Origin: the human T2T-CHM13v2.0 reference genome, Homo sapiens
Length of the DNA: 64,000 bases
Reading direction: 5' to 3' (one strand)
NCBI RefSeq assembly: GCF_009914755.1
Contig: NC_060936.1
Shown piece by piece: positions 34,461 through 50,020 of this stretch. Each line of letters begins with the position of its first letter. Position 1 is the first letter of the stretch. The position numbers were made by a program, and so were the translations under genes. The notes beneath the pieces are model-generated. The model saw only the letters and a list, made by a program, of their open reading frames with translations. It had not been told where the DNA came from and ran no database searches.

Positions 34461-35769
34461 GGTAATAATTTTTTTATTAGTGTATCAGTATAAATTTTCT
34501 TTTATTCTTACCTTCTCCTAAAAAGAACAGTCACATCATTTACACATTATCATTTACACATGATCATTCACACATTTTAATTATCACACTATATTTAATG
34601 ACATCCCAAACAGAATGATTAATCATTAATGATACAAAATGTCTTCTGATTTTTTCTATCAACTATTATAGGGTTTGTGTATGATGGGCAAAATCTACTA
34701 TAATAGAAGACATGAACTTTCCTAAATTTTTCAATGTTTACACCTTGAAAAAAGTTACAGGAAAGAAATAGAAATGGTTCTACTGTGAGCAAGTCTTTTT
34801 CTGACAATTTTAATGATTATAAGAAAGTAGATCTTGCTTTGGTATTTTAGGTATGTTGTTACTCATATTTCAGAGATATTTTAATTTAGAGTAATTCTTA
34901 CTATTAATAAGTATCACCTTAAAAGAAATATTTGTCTCAAAATAATGTGACAATCATGTTTAAGTATTTCAATAATCTATACTTAATGATTAAACATATC
35001 AAATTGATTTTATAAAACTATTTTTTCCTGCAAATTTAATTTCATTGCAAGTTTCTACTGATTTTGAATGGATTCTAACTTCCAGAGGTAGAATTCTTTA
35101 CCAAACATCAAACTGATATTTAAAACACCTGAATAAGCTAACAATAATGAAACTTGATTGATTGAGAAGAAAATTCATTTCTTCCCTTTTCAGTCCTTCA
35201 GGAATCTTTCCCATCCCATATCCCACCACACTCCTAAACACTTTCCTCTGCACTCATAAGATTGTGTGTGCAGAACTAACCACATGTATATTCTTTCGTT
35301 TTAACATTTTTTAACCTCCTGTAATAAAAACTCTCTTATGTCCTGATCTAATTGTATTTTTATCCTCCATATCTATTGGTGTCTAACACACAGTAACTTC
35401 TAGGTAAATATCTACTGAATAAATAAACTTAATAGAAATTCATAAAGATTATAAATTAGGGATTTAACATTTTTTAAAAGGAGAAATAGTGCAGGGAGAC
35501 TAATCTTTCTTCTCTTAAGTAAACCAGCAGAGTAAAGTAGCAAGTTTTCTCTCCTAAAAAGTTTGCCTTTCAAATAATTTTAAAATAAATCTTTGCTACA
35601 CACACAAGCCATCCATTCTCTAAACAGAACAGTTTGCTGTTCTCTCCATATTTGTTCACTTTAATCCTCTCAGAATCTCCCATCTATCTACTTAATGCAA
35701 AGAAATAGAAACTCGTTTACTGTTGCTACTTCTCAGTAGCTATTCCTGGGATTGGATGACCATAAAAGA

Positions 35770-36720
35770 CTGAAATGAAAAGGTGATACATCCTTCAATA
35801 CATATATTTAACAGGGTACTTATATCCAGAACAAAAAAATAGCTCCCATATATCAGTAAGATAATGCAGAAAATCCAGTAGAAAAGTGGACAAAAGACTT
35901 CCATAGGTGCTTCAGAAAAATATGATATCCCCTGGGAATAAACAATTTAGCCATCAGAGAAATGCAAACTACAACCACAAAGAAATACCACGACACACTC
36001 ACTAGAATTGCTAAAATTTAAGAGTCTGATAATATCAAGTGTTGACAAGGATTTGGGGCAACTGGAATTCTCATACAGCCACTTTAGAAAACTGTCATAT
36101 AGTATGTACTAAAACTAAACTAGTTTACACTAGTTTATACTAGATACACTAAGATCCTGCAATTCAACTCCTGGCTACCTAACCAACAGATATGGATATA
36201 CATGTTCACCGAAAGACATGTCTGAGAAATGCTCATCACAGCATTGTTTGTAGGTCCCACATTAAAAACAATCCCAAATGTTTGTCAACTGAAGGATAAA
36301 TATTAATACAAATCATATTAATTCATCTATTCATAGAAGTCATACAAGTTATATACAAGTCATAGAAGTTATATGTTTATACAATACAGTACTAGGATTG
36401 CAATGGGAAACTACAATTACACGCAACGTAAATGAGTCTCAAGTACAGTATCCTAACTGTCACAAATTTTCTAAGTTCCATTCAAAAAAGTTCAAAGGCA
36501 GGCAAATGAATCTATTATGTTTGATGTCAGAAAAGGGTTACCTTTTGGGAAGATAGTAACTGCAAGGCGGGATGTGGGGGAATTTCTGTGGTGCTGATGT
36601 TATTGGTTTGAGCATTGTCTACATAGGCGTGTTCACTTTGGAAAATTCATTGAACTGGACCATTATGATTTGAAGTTTTGCTGGATGTCTTATTTCCATA
36701 AAAGTTTGCTTAAAAAAAAA
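35770..36720 (+). mobile_element. L1ME-like 3' fragment
   Basis: ORF2 C-terminal remnants (gaaatgcaaact..aaccaca, caactggaattctcataca) and an old 3' UTR. Confidence 0.7.
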
Positions 36721-37744
36721 GCAACTCCAGTCCAAATTGATTTCTCTCTTATACTAGAGTACAACTTTCTCAAGTAGACTTGTTTCAGATTGTTTGAAAT
36801 ATTATTAGCCTTTTCTACTATATTTGGATTTCTAACTCGAGGAAAAATAATATATACTTACTGGATAAGTGATAACAATAAGCAAAATATATTGAGCCTT
36901 TATGTCACAGGCCCTATTTCAACCACTTTTCCTATTCCATTTTATCCTTAAAAAATACCCTCCTTAGTGAGCTACTATTTTCATTCTAAGAAAATGAAAT
37001 GTTAGAAATGCTAAGTAACTTGGCAAAGGTCACTGAATAAAACAGGAGTCAAACTGAGGCATTCTAATACCACAGCTCTTATTCTTACCTACAAGATCTA
37101 GGATAGACTTAATATTTAATATTTCAAGGCTTAGGAATAATATGTCTTCAAACTCTTGGTAAATGAAAGTTCACATTTCTTTTGGTAAAGTCAAGATTAT
37201 ATTCTCTTACATGAGACTATCTAATACAAAACCTTGTTATGCATCATCAGATGGGCCCTTCACACTGCAATGTGTAATCCTAGTGCTCTCAGATTGACTT
37301 TTTCACTCACTGCCCAAACTTTTACTCTCCTCAAGTCCAAACTTCCCTGATCTCAAAATTACCCATCACAGCTTTTCTCAACTTTATTCTGTTCAGATGT
37401 TGTCTTATACCTCTTTTACTCCCACCTTCAGATGCCACCCCACCCTTGGGTCAAAAACAGCCCCATCAATCACTCCTCCACTGGCTTATTCTACTCTACC
37501 TACAGACACTTGAGTGCTCTGGGTGAGTAATCCACAAACATCTGATGACTAGCTGCACGAATGGCCCCTAAATCATCCTCGGCTTTTGGAACATTCCCTC
37601 CTTGACTTTTCGTCTCTAGTCTGTCACTTTTCAGTTTACTCATATTTTATGATGAGAATTGTCCACTAATCTTCTCAAGACACAGTTTTGACACCCAGTC
37701 CAAAAAAAAAAAATCAAGTTTTTCTATACCTATAGAATTTTTAA

Positions 37745-38176
<432 letters not shown>

Positions 38177-39557
38177 AAACTGAACTACTTTTTTCTGGTC
38201 TCTATGGTTTTGCTATAGGTGGTCTCCTACCTGGTACCTCTTTTCCCAATCAAAATCCTATCTACCCATCAATCCTTAGACATATACCTTCTCCCCCATA
38301 AATCCTTTCATGTTTCTCCAAATAGATGCATATTTTCTGACTTCCTATGACATCCTTTTCTGGCTTGTTATAGTTATTTGCATGTATATTTAATTTTTCC
38401 TAGACTGTGAGTCCTTTGAGGAGAGTATGCCATTCTTATTTATCTTGTTTCCCACAATTCTTAACCCAGTGCCTGGTAGATATGGGATCTCAATAATCTT
38501 GAGTGGAATGGTAACATGCAATTCTGGCAGTGCAATGGCCATGATTCCCTTCATAACTACTTCTAAGACCTCTGGGTTTCCCTGAGTCACAGCTGCAAAA
38601 TATCAAAAGCTGTCTAATAGGATCACTTTTCAGTTCAGTTAACTGACACAGAAGGATTTACTATGTGACCTAATAACTGAACTATCAAAAACTTTGCAAT
38701 ATTTCATTTAATTCTTACAAGTAGATGTATAACATATAATAATGTATAAGAGTTTTAATACATAAAAGGCCATGTTACAACATAATGTGATAACAAAGTA
38801 CCTTCCTGGATATGTCCTACCACTGGTTAGGAATTGGGTAAATTAGTGTATGAGCTTAAGTACAATCTAGGGGGTGAGGATTACAACCAGGAAGCGGTCA
38901 ATGGTGGCTATAAAAACAAATTACGTAATTCCAATACTGACTCCAATTTATAAGGTTTGAGAGATCTTATTGAACATATATTCCTCATAAGTATCAGAGT
39001 TTCTAAGTCACAGTCTTTCAAAAGGATATATTGCTCAGAGGTGGCAAGGGTGATTCACTGGAGTGCCCAAAACATTATTTTTTAGGACATATACTCATAT
39101 TTGTTTTATCTAACACTCCAGGAAAATAAGCAAGATTTACTACATGGGGCTATATGTCAGTCTGACATACAACATTTATAACTCATTAGATTTCCTGACA
39201 GAAGAAGGAGACCATCACTCTGTCATCCACTTTCAGTGTACTCACTGCAGCTCATACATGCACACTGAGGAAGATATATGAACTCTATCATACGTATAAC
39301 TCAAAATCATCTGTAGTGAGATGAGGAGTGCCAGGAGGAACTGCAACTACAACTGCTGCTGCTGCTGCTGGTGGTTGGTTTATGTTTTAGTTTTAAGCAC
39401 ACAGACTTTTGCTGGTTAAGTTTAAAATCATAATGATGAATGGGCTCATAAAGATGAATTACCAATTTTTATATTACCAAAAAGAGGCTTGTTCCAAATT
39501 TGCTGAATTTTTTTCTATGAGAAAAATGTGATACCTAATATCTAGTCTTTAAGGTGA

Positions 39558-39963
<406 letters not shown>

Positions 39964-41079
39964 TCGCCAAGGGCATATTTTTAAAACTTTGAAGCAAACA
40001 TTTCAGAAACGATATGCCAATTGTATATTTCTAAAATGTTGAAACAAAAATTTCTAATCTGTTTAAATGGCTTCCGAATATTTCAAAGTTTCACTGAGTT
40101 TTAAAGCTTCTTGTTAAAATATTGAACTACAGCTTCTTTTAGTAGTACTTCAAGAACTGAATAACCTGGAAAATAGAAATTTGTGAAGCAAATTTCAATC
40201 TTTTTCCAATAATTATTTATACTGGATTTGAAGTCAATTACTGGTATATATCAGGAGCATTCAGTGACAAACCTTGTTATTTGGAGGTATTTTGTGAGGT
40301 ATATTTTTCAGCTAAAGAAGTTATTGAAACCACATATTGAAATAAACCATATTTTAAAACTGCTATAGCACAATGTTGAAACAAAATGTTCAAAACTAAC
40401 GAGTCTACTACTTTTAAAAAAATTAAATGGTTAGAACAGTTGTGAGAGAAAAGTTACCATTCACAAAATAAAAATTATATTTAACATTAATTATTCAACT
40501 TACCCTTTTAAATTTACACTTGTATATCTTCTATAAATCACATAATCATATGTTAGTTTATGTGTGCAATGTATGACTATATAATACATATATATGGGCA
40601 CATTCTCAAAATGTTCTACTGAGAATGATACGTATGATCAAAAAATTAAAAATCAAATGACTTAAAAATGTTTATTCCTAACAAGGAATAAACATAAAAA
40701 CGTTAATGTCTGAGTGATGTGATAATGTAGAAATTAAAGTATGATTTTCTCAAACTATTGGAAGGTAACACACAAAGTTTCTATAACAAAAATTTGGGAT
40801 ATCTAAATGTACTAATATTAAGAATGCTTATATATCTTCTATAAACAGCCTCAATATACAGCACATAGATATTGTAGAACACTGACAACAATTTCTTGAG
40901 ATGCTTAAACATTCCTAAAGCATTATGCCTGAAAAATAGGAGAACTGCCATGGAAACATGGACACTTTCACTTTCTTTAACATGGAAACATATAGAAAAA
41001 AACATGGCCTATAACCATTTCATATTGAGAGTTTTTACGGTTATTTTATACTGTACATTCCAACTTCACTCAACATTAT

Positions 41080-41113
41080 AACACACACACACAAACACAC
41101 ACACACACACACA
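41080..41113. repeat. Interrupted (AC)n microsatellite
   Basis: Read directly from the sequence. Confidence 0.85.
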
Positions 41114-41919
41114 GTCTCCTCTTTTATGATCTCACCAATAATTAGAGTATCCACTTAAATTTTTCCCAGGTCATACATTTCAAATCTGCAGGGCCCAATT
41201 TTGTCTTCAAAATTATTTTCTGAACATCATATCTAGGACAAACTATACATCCATCTACATTCTCTTCTTTGGTGACATATGAAATCCACATGTGCAGAAA
41301 AGGTAGATGCTGCAATTATGCAAAATATTATTCTTTTATGGTAGGGAATTAGGACACTGCTTATCTCTTGCCAGGTTATGACAGAATAGCCTACTAGTTT
41401 AGGCTTTGTAGAAGGAACAATTGCCGAATTATTTTACTGTTAAATACAATCTTCATTACTAATTCTTGGATTATCTCAACCTAGTAAGCCCCAAATATTA
41501 TGGGTCTTCAGTATGATAAATCACATGGTTGTTACTGAAATGTGTTAGGAATCTCACCCGGCATTCTGGCCACCTGTTTATTAATTACATTCATTGCTAA
41601 ACTGCAAACACCTTGTCCACAGTGCCTGGTTTATTTTTAGTGACCATTACGATGTCTAATATGTAGTAGATACTCATACTTTTGGGGAGAATCAATGAAT
41701 GTACTTTAGAAAGATACAGTAGAAAACATAATAAATGGAAAAATACTAGTTAAATACTTAATTGTTATGAGAAGTGTATTATAAAATTTATTTTTAAAAT
41801 ATATTTCTAACCTGTTTACTATACTTATGTGTCTTTTTCAAATTTAAGAAAACAATTACTATGTTTTCACTGAACACTCCACTTTACAAAGTCAACATAA
41901 AGAAGTGGCAGTTTCTTGA

Positions 41920-42484
<565 letters not shown>

Positions 42485-44513
42485 TACATGATCATTTCTG
42501 ACAGTGCTTCTATTTGTTGCATTCCATTATATCATATAATAGATTTAGTACAGTATATATTTTTTTCTGCACAATGTTTCAGAAGGACATTTTTTTTAAG
42601 AAGAAACACAAAGTGAATGCGCCAGAATTTAGGGTTCAAGTAGCAAGCTTTCATTTACACAAAAAAAAAAAAAAAAAAAACTTTCTCTTTTTTTGTGTGA
42701 GGAAAAACAATCTTTAAGGCAAAAAGGAAAAAAATATATATTCTCTTCCCTACTGTTGGATAGTCATCATTCCCAAAGCACACTGAATACACACTATTTG
42801 TTTACCAAATATGATTTCATTCTATGTGAGGAATAAAAACATTCCAAGAAAATAAATTACTTCTAAAATGACACTTAGTGAGAAAATTTAAGTAATATGA
42901 ATTTACTTAAAGAGCATTTGCTAGTTGAATTGTGTTACACGTAATGTCCCTTACTATATATGAATGAGAAAAGTAAAACTTTTACTCACCTTTTAAAGAC
43001 TACCTTGGTCATAAGCATATCTATTTTTAACTTATTAAATAAATTTGCTTACATCATTAATTTGTATTCATTGTTTATAATATATAAAGAGAAAATTATA
43101 AAAATTTCACAGTATTTAAAAATTGACTGCTAACAAATAAGTCTTATACTTTTAAATCCCAGTGTTAGTTTCTAACAAGAATATTATGTAAAAAATACAG
43201 TAGCTTATACATAAACTAAATACAATTATGAAAACATATACTATTCAACAATTAAATGTTTAATAAGAGAAATTAACAGTTTGTTATTTAAGAAAAACAC
43301 CACCGAAAGAAAGGAGGCATTCCTTATATTAATAATATAAGATCTGTTCAGTGACTCGGAACATTTTAAGTGCAAGGAGTAAAAATACAACATACATATG
43401 AATGACATAAAGCACAAAGCCACAATACCCACTAATAAACGGGTTAAAATACAATCATTTCACGCTGACTAATCACCAAAAATGTAGCCATTAAATTAAC
43501 ATAGGCTAAGATTTATTTATTCCTTTTTTTATTACAGCACAAGACTTTCTACAACATGAAGAAAATTTAAATGTATCTTAAAGCTTTCTAATAATATTTT
43601 AAATAATTTTACATTTCACATTTCATTTGCTTTAAAATGAAAAATGTTTCTGAGATTTCATGTCACTCACTCATACACACACACATGCATGCATACACAC
43701 TCTTAATTTTCTACTTAGTCAACAGGATCTGTTGAAGTTAAAGTTATCCATGAAAGAATATTAATCTAATATGCTAATAAGCTATTCTGAAGTTTGTCTA
43801 ATATGCACCAACACTGAAAGAGGTAAAATGTTATATTTGGTATTGACAACAGAACTTCAGATCCCCTAAACCCATTTAATATAAAAGTCTAATTTAACAA
43901 ATAAATATGCTTCATATAATAAAAGAAATCCAGTCACTCTAATAATATGTAAGTACTTCATACATATAAAAAAGTAAATATGATTGTAAAAATTCTATAC
44001 AAACCTTTATTGTGATTTTTAAAACTTCAATACATTCAACTTATCAAAAAAATAAAAATACTACATTTCTTCATAGTGCAAAGAGTGAATTATTCAATGA
44101 ATTCCTTTTGGGATATACATGTAATAACACTAAATAATTCTGCACATCTGTCTTACTATTTGGCAATCTGTGATTATTGTTTTCTTGGTCATTTGTTTTT
44201 GTGAGGTTGAAAAGTCATCTATACAGAGGACTTTAATGAGCATTCAGATTTTTCACTTGTGATATAATTTACATACAAAAAATAGCATAACAAAAATATA
44301 TTGGAATATAGTATAGATACATTTACATAAACATTGCATGAATATCACAGTGGATATGTAGAGAAGGTTGATAAACCTTAAAATGTAAAATATCAAAGGA
44401 TCAAAAACATCTAAAACTGATCTGGAATGAATTATTTGTAATTTTAATATTCTATAAATCTAAGTACCTTTTTATGTTAAACTTAAAAGCATTATAATGT
44501 TTATTAAATAGAA

Positions 44514-44735
44514 CAGGGGTCAGCAAACTTTTCCCAGAAAAAGTTAGATAGTAAATATTTCAGGCTTTGTGAGTTACAGAGTTTCTATTGCAACTAATCA
44601 ATGCTACTGCTGTAGTGCAAAACCAGCCATAGATAACACGTAAACAAATGAGCATGACTGTGTTCCAATAGAACTTATTTTAAAAATAGGCAACAGGCCA
44701 GATTTGGTACCTGGACCATAGTTTGCTGACCTCTA
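44514..44735. mobile_element. MER58A-like hAT-Charlie DNA transposon
   Basis: TIRs caggggtcagcaaact / agtttgctgacctcta; near-matching 8-bp TSD aaatagaa / aaacagag. Confidence 0.85.
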
Positions 44736-45075
44736 AAACAGAGAATCTGACTCACAAACACTTAATTTTAATTGCTTCAATATCTAGTATAAAGCATGAG
44801 ACCTAAGTAAATGTTTAATGCTTGGTGAATTGAAGTCATGAATGGGTAGGGAAAATAAAACGTCTATGCTCAGAAACAAATGCCATTACAATTCAATCTC
44901 ATTAGCAGTTAGGATTCTGCTCTCCTAATTGGGAAAAAATTCCAAGAAAGTAATCCACAGTCTTCTTAAGAACTAGGCTTGCAAACTAAAACCAATAAAA
45001 TGAAAGAAGATGGAACAGAGACATAGTAAGCAGAAAGTGGATTTCCAATCTAAGATAGCTAATAAAAATATCTTT

Positions 45076-45306
45076 TTATAGTGAGTTCTTATAGTATTTC
45101 AAATCTCCCCAAGTAAACTGTAAACTCCATAGGGATAAGAAATATGTTTCAATTGTCTCTGGATCACAGTGCCTAGGATATAGTAGATGGTCAGTAACGA
45201 CATTTATTAAATACATATGTGAGTGCTTTCCATGGCAAAATATGTTTTTCATTAGTTCCCACAAGATGATGGTCCTTTGAGGCAGCAATTTCACTTTAAG
45301 ATCCTC
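45076..45306 (-). CDS. ADAMTS20: Probable alternative terminal exon (coding part) of a short ADAMTS20 isoform: EDLKVKLLPQRT...DLKYYKNSL*
   Basis: Acceptor ttttaactttatag|GAG in phase 0 with the 46896 donor; 76 codons then TAA. It resembles my recollection of a curated short-isoform C-terminus (unverified). Confidence 0.65.
   Translation of the reverse strand, partial: EDLKVKLLPQRTIILWELMKNIFCHGKHSHMYLINVVTDHLLYPRHCDPETIETYFLSLWSLQFTWGDLKYYKNSL
45104..45215 (+). mobile_element. L2 3'-end fragment, antisense within the alternative terminal exon
   Basis: tctcccc..taaactgtaaactccataggga...cacagtgcctagga.atagtagatggtcagtaa..catttattaaat follows the L2 3' consensus. Confidence 0.7.
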
Positions 45307-46439
45307 CTATAAAGTTAAAATGTTCTGTTGTTTAATATCATCAGTCACACTTTGACTATAAAGATGAATTTCAGCCTGAACCAGAGCTTGACCTACTCTT
45401 CAAATAACATGACTTGAAACTTGGGTTTATATCTTATTATAAAGATGTTTGGGTAGGGCAAAACAAAACAAGAGCAGGCATCAAGGGTTGGTTATAAAAC
45501 TGGAGTTATAACTAATTTTCAAATAAAGAACCACATAGCTTTATAAATTTAATTACAAATAGATTATAAACTCAAATCAGTTCACTTAATGGCAATGTAC
45601 TTGGTCATTCTTGATTTAAAATATCAATGGTAATCAAAATGCCTATTTCAATATAGTTATATATTAATTACTCCTCAAAAAAACGATATTTGAAGGCTAC
45701 TAAATAATCATGAACAAAGTTTATGAGTTTTGTCTATGGCTCCAATAAAAACCCAGAAAATTAAAATATTCCCAAACCACTAACTCCACAAAGTGGGAGA
45801 AATGCATAATCTATAGATTATTACATAAATTAAACTTTTGCATGACATATGTAAAAAACTGTAAACAAGTTATGTTATGGAAGTAAATTTCTCTACTTTT
45901 TTAAACATAATATTTTCACATTTCCAAACAAAATAATAAGTTGGATAATGACAAAAAACAAGTTTTAAAGAATACTATTTGGTTTTTGGAGCAGTTATGG
46001 ATATTAACAGATGAAAGCCACACATAATTATATGCCTAAACAAGACACAGCCTTAATTTGCCATTTTTACAAGCACAACGTCAACATTATATATAAACAT
46101 AAATAATATAATAGTCATGATTAATTGACAGCAAGCCAAACATAAAACGGAGAAAAATATTTCCATTAGAACAGTAGTATGGTTCAAAGTTCACATATTA
46201 AAAAATAAATATATAAAAAAACTATTATATATGTTACACTACTTGAAATTAAATAGATTCCTCTTCCAAACTATCAAATTTCAAAACACAAACCAAGAGG
46301 GCCAATGATATACTTTAAAAAGAAACTGGAGAAGACAAAGTGTATGCATCCCACAATTTATAAAGAGAATAAATTAAAGCAAAAGAGACAAAACAAAACA
46401 AAACAAAAAAGAATAAGAATATTATCATACCATACATAG

Positions 46440-46824
46440 CACAGAATACTATGCAGCCGTAATAAGGAATGATATCACGTCCTTTGCGGGGACATGGATA
46501 GAATTGGATACCATTATCCTCAGCAAACTAATACAGGAACAGAAAGCCAAACACTCCATGTTCTCACTTATAAGTGGAAGCTGAATGATGAGAACACATG
46601 GCCACATGGTGGGGAACAACACACTGGGGCCTGTTGGGGGAGGAGTGTGGGGGGCAGGGAGAGCATCAGAAAGAATAGCTAGCTAATGGATGCCGTGCTT
46701 AATAGCTAGGTGATGGGATCATCTGTGCAGCGAACCACCATGGCACACATTTACCTATGCAGCAAACCTGCACATCTTGCACATGTACCCCTGAATGTAA
46801 AATAAAAGTCGAAGAAAAGAAAAA
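46440..46824 (+). mobile_element. L1PA15/16-like 3' fragment
   Basis: catgttctcacttataagtgg...aacctgcacatcttgcacatgtacccctgaa L1 3' UTR. Confidence 0.85.
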
Positions 46825-46895
46825 CAATGAACTCTCCCTCACTCAGACTCAAACTTTAAAGTATGACATGTTAACAAACAAGAGTGCTATCATAC

Positions 46896-47072
46896 CGATG
46901 TCCATGGTTCCTGATGCCATGACACATCAGCAGGGCAAGCATGCATATGACACTGTATTACGCTAGGTGGCTTGTTTACAATTTCACAGTTGTGATCTTC
47001 TAATATTTGGCCATTGGGAAATTGACATATTACAAGTCTTGATTTTATTCCTCCTCCACATGTTTGTGAACA
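46896..47072 (-). CDS. ADAMTS20: ADAMTS20 coding exon, TSR (CSQTCGGGIKSRLVIC...SWHQEPWTS)
   Basis: Acceptor cttgtttttag|TGT and donor TCG|gtatga; 177 nt, phase 0-0; translated by hand, absent from the ORF track. Confidence 0.95.
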
Positions 47073-48327
47073 CTAAAAACAAGAATAGGAAAATTCAAAA
47101 CTGTGGTTTTAAAGAGAATAATGTATTGCTTCATTCAATGTTTAAACATAATTAGTAATTATGTTTATTCTAGTAATTTTAACATAATTAGTTTACTCTA
47201 GTAATGTTACTCTAGTAATGGTAGCGTTTAAGTTTATAATTACTTCATAATTATCAACATTTCCCCCTAGACAAAAAAATAAATCAAAGTTTCAATTCCA
47301 CGACTTTAAAAATTGACCAGATTTTGAGGATTAGTATCATAATATATTTCAGTAAGATATCCAGGACCTATAAGATAATGTTGGCAGGTTAAGCCAGAAT
47401 CAAAATTTATTTATCTAAGTCATGAGCATTAATTACATAATGTACAATATCCAATCAACAGGTTACTAAGTAACCATGAAAGCTATTAATAATAAGGTAC
47501 GTCTAATTTTATAAACATGAAATGTTCAGTATATATAATATAAAAACAGCAAATAACAAAACAGCTGTATAATGTGAACCAATTTCTAAAACTCATGCAG
47601 AACAAAAGCCTGGCAGGAAATATACCAAATCTTGCTAAAAGTTTGTATCTCTATTTGGACATATAATTTGAATTTTCAAAATAAGTGCATGTAAACTCAG
47701 AAATAGAAGTACTTTCGTTTTGGAAAACAGTAAAACTGTATCTTAAAAATGTGCTTGATATGTATTAACACCTGGTCTGGGTGTACTTTAAAAACATGGT
47801 TTCAAACTCCCAATGAACAGAAATTATGTGCTAAAAATCATTAAGCAAAAACATTTGACTAATTAAGTCATTCATTTTATTTATCCAAAGCTAATAGAAA
47901 TCTTTGCTTCTTATTTATTACCATTCCACATTACGAAGGAGGTTAGTATTAAAAGTGACTTTAAAAAATTATCTTTTTATTTCCAGTTCCTAGAGAGTGC
48001 CAGTGCATGAAGCAAGTGCTCAATAACTGACAACTATCTGGCTTAAAGAAAAAGATTTGCCAAATGCATAACTTAGTAATAGGATTAAACATGTTTTATA
48101 TTTTATTCTAGTTTTCTATTTTTATATCAACCTAATTTTCTAAGAAATTAAGAGAATAAACCAATTTTAGAAAGATACTAGTAATTCAAAGACATATTGC
48201 CTAGCATATTAGAGTCTGCTGAAAAATCTAGAATATGCATTTTTTAAATCATGAATGAGTGACCTAAACCATGACAGAACATCTATTAAAAGAACTTGGT
48301 TTAATCACTCAATTAAAATAAATTAGT

Positions 48328-48587
<260 letters not shown>

Positions 48588-48693
48588 CTACATAGTATAG
48601 TGAAATCAGATTATTGAACAGTATAAGATGCTTTTTACTTTCAGTCTTCAGAGATGTAATAATCTCACAAGTTTAGAAAATATTATGACTTAC

Positions 48694-48855
48694 TTCTCCC
48701 CAATTTCCGTAGTTCCACTGTGGACAAGGCCCTGGACCACATTGCTGTAACTCTGGAGGCTTGGAGGCTGCATCGCAGTAACTAGCACTTTGTCCATTTT
48801 CATCCTGGCAGACCACAGCCCTATGCTGAAGACCTCCAGAACAACTGCTGGAGCA
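48694..48855 (-). CDS. ADAMTS20: ADAMTS20 coding exon, TSR ([16 protein letters not shown]...WNYGNWGE)
   Basis: Acceptor ttcttgtcag|TGC and donor GAA|gtaagt; 162 nt, phase 0-0. Confidence 0.95.
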
Positions 48856-49626
48856 CTGACAAGAATAAAACACAAAATATGCACAAACTGCGGATTCCAC
48901 ATAATGAATTTACATGGTAAAAAAAAAAAATCAGCATTGACTCAATCAAAATCAAACCCTACATTAGAATCTCCTTCATTGGAATCACAATTTGAATTGA
49001 GAAAATCTATCAAAACACTTGAGTTATACTGGGAGCTTCATTAGAATTTGTTGATGAAAAGGTGGGACTTTCAAGTTTGCATTAGGAAACAATTTTCATT
49101 TCTATCATAAGTGTTAAGTAAAAAGAAATTAAAGTTTTTGAGATCTCACTAGAAAGGAATAAAAGACAGTATTAAATTACTTAACTTTACACTGGTGTTT
49201 TTCTTTATTTTGTATTATGAATGTTATGTAAAATATGAACTAAAACTATACCATTTGTAGTTTGTCATGATTTTATACCAGCTTATTGTATTGCTATCAT
49301 AATAATTTTGGGATTTAGGTTTATTCATAAACATTTATAGTCTTACCCCTTAAAGCATTTTCTTTTGTTTTTATTACAATGAATTCTAATCAGATTGTTT
49401 TACAGTACATTCCTCTGTAATCATAATAACACATTAGTGCATAATTCAATAAGAACTCTAGCATTTGTAATGAGCATCAAAGACGCTTAATCTTTTTAAT
49501 ATTTAAACTATTGATCTTGAAATAAATTTAGCATTTAAAGTACTGATGGCATCATATACATACCTGTTAAAAGGATGTAATATAACAAAATTACAGAATT
49601 AATATAACTCAATAAAGATGGCTTAC

Positions 49627-49917
49627 TGATCCCCATGGTCCGGTTCTCCACTGGTTTCCTCTGACTGATGGATGGACCACCTGATTTTCATTATCTTCAA
49701 GTTTTTGAGTTAATGGCAAATTCGTGCTTAGATAATAGCTTGGCTGCACAGGGGAACTAGGAAAGTGGCTGTGTGCAGGAGGGCAGGCTGCCAGGCTACA
49801 TTCCTGTTCCATCAAAGGGCGAACTTCAGGATCACAGTAATTCTCATCAATTGGCTGATGGTAGTTCATGCATAAAACTTGTCGAGTTGTTTTTCCATGG
49901 CCACAGGAAGCTGAACA
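49627..49917 (-). CDS. ADAMTS20: ADAMTS20 coding exon, TSR plus long linker (CSASCGHGKTTRQVLC...QWRTGPWGS)
   Basis: Acceptor ttttgatcag|TGT and donor TCA|gtaagc; 291 nt, phase 0-0; overlaps ORF 49609-49869. Confidence 0.95.
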
Positions 49918-50020
49918 CTGATCAAAAATTTAGCCAATGGTAATATACAACATTAATTTATATTTAATATCAAATATATTTAAATTTTTCATTTTCTTTT
50001 TTTCTCATAAGAATACTTAC

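Noticed and set aside
34535-36375. Short degenerate tandem repeats (about 14-mer x3 at 34535-34576, 10-mer x3 near 36121, patchwork near 36333) considered as a spacer-repeat array
   Set aside because: No unique spacers, low copy number, ordinary slippage; a CRISPR-like reading is unsupported in this eukaryotic context.
39353-39371. (CTG)6 triplet repeat
   Set aside because: Too short to be notable.
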